From a virus (lineage: Duplodnaviria > Heunggongvirae > Uroviricota > Caudoviricetes), in the IMG/VR virus record IMGVR_UViG_3300021400_000113, positions 1 through 40,931 of that record: DNA of 40,931 nucleotides, one strand, 5' to 3'. The notes below the pieces were generated by a model. The model saw only the letters and a program-made list of their open reading frames with translations, was not told the DNA's origin and made no database searches. The first letter of the stretch is position 1. The number at the start of each line of letters is the position of its first letter. Positions 40,390 through 40,931 of this stretch are shown piece after piece. The position numbers and the translations under genes are program-made.

Positions 40390-40794
40390 GTAATGACCAG
40401 TAAGGGCCTATCACGCCTCTTTATAATGCGAACCATGATAGGACTTTTATACAATAGGAAATTCATACTTATCCTTTGCGCAAAACAAAGTATGCGTTAC
40501 GCAGGCTGACGCAAATACCGCCAGGAGTTTCTCACCCTGAAAATTAGTCCGGAATAATATGAGGACGTAGGCTAACTTTTTCGTTAAGTAAAGTTAGTAG
40601 GATGCTAGCTGCCTAATCTAAGTGAGCGTGGAGAATACGGCATGGTAAAAACCGCTCGGTTCGTTCTCGATATGAACGTGCGGCCGCAACGCCTAAGGAT
40701 AAAGTTGCCGAAATATAGACTTGCTACCTATATTTCATTAACTTGCATTGTATGAACGAACTCCCAATTCTTAGTAGTACAATGCAAGTTTTTT
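40373..40794 (+). ncRNA. candidate structured non-coding RNA (~340-420 nt), family not recognised
   Basis: ORF-free, GC-richer tract with about 10 stems, a long-range closing helix (40373-40380/40705-40712) and a 13-bp terminator stem. Confidence 0.55.
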
Positions 40795-40867
40795 CAAAAT
40801 TAAAAAATAAATTATTTGACAATTTTTTAAAATTATTGTATAATATTTATGTAGGGAGGAAAGAAAA

Positions 40868-40931
40868 ATGATAAAGGTTGTGAAACATGGACACGCTCCG
40901 TATATGATGACTTGTAAGAATTGTGAATGCG
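40868..40931 (+). CDS. hypothetical Zn-ribbon protein (3'-truncated)
   Basis: Promoter at 40816; GGAGG RBS; MIKVVKHG...CKNCEC. Confidence 0.65.
   Translation, partial: MIKVVKHGHAPYMMTCKNCEC

Noticed and set aside
40390..40740. Group I intron, tmRNA or RNase P assignment for the structured region
   Set aside because: There is only a loose AAATTAGTCC resemblance to the group I S element. I found no matching R element, interrupted exon, tRNA-like ends or RNase P consensus.

Overview
This window is part of a large, AT-rich tailed-phage genome, most likely infecting a Firmicute (Clostridia-like) host. The host inference rests on an AbrB homologue, a SpoIID/NlpC-P60 lysin, SigA-type TGn-TATAAT promoters and GGAGG ribosome-binding sites. 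The key to reading it is that TAG is reassigned to Gln (genetic code 15) in many genes, so the supplied ORF track is badly fragmented. Reading TAG as Gln restores a 458-aa SF2 helicase, a 495-aa endolysin, tail/fibre proteins of 884, 756, ~1100 and 665 aa, a transglutaminase-like protein and an HNH nuclease. Layout: (1) 1-4350, an array of small-gene cassettes bounded by eight copies of the palindrome TTAGATGT-N3-ACATCTAA; seven copies have a consensus promoter exactly 9 bp away, and four cassettes share an AAGGA-loop leader hairpin. (2) 4380-6960, a recoded helicase flanked by an AAGCTGGAA iteron/AT-rich tract and a cluster of DNA hairpins (candidate origin). (3) 7000-19700, early/middle genes including a kinase-like protein, a pair of FETNSSS-motif proteins with a radical SAM enzyme, a PRPP-synthetase-like protein and many Zn-finger proteins. 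(4) 19700-39200, a TAG-rich lysis/structural region containing a Gln/Asn/Cys-rich five-gene module. (5) 39200-end, an atypical tRNA-Arg(TCT), an HNH gene and a ~400-nt structured non-coding RNA candidate. All calls come from manual translation and motif recognition; no searches were run.
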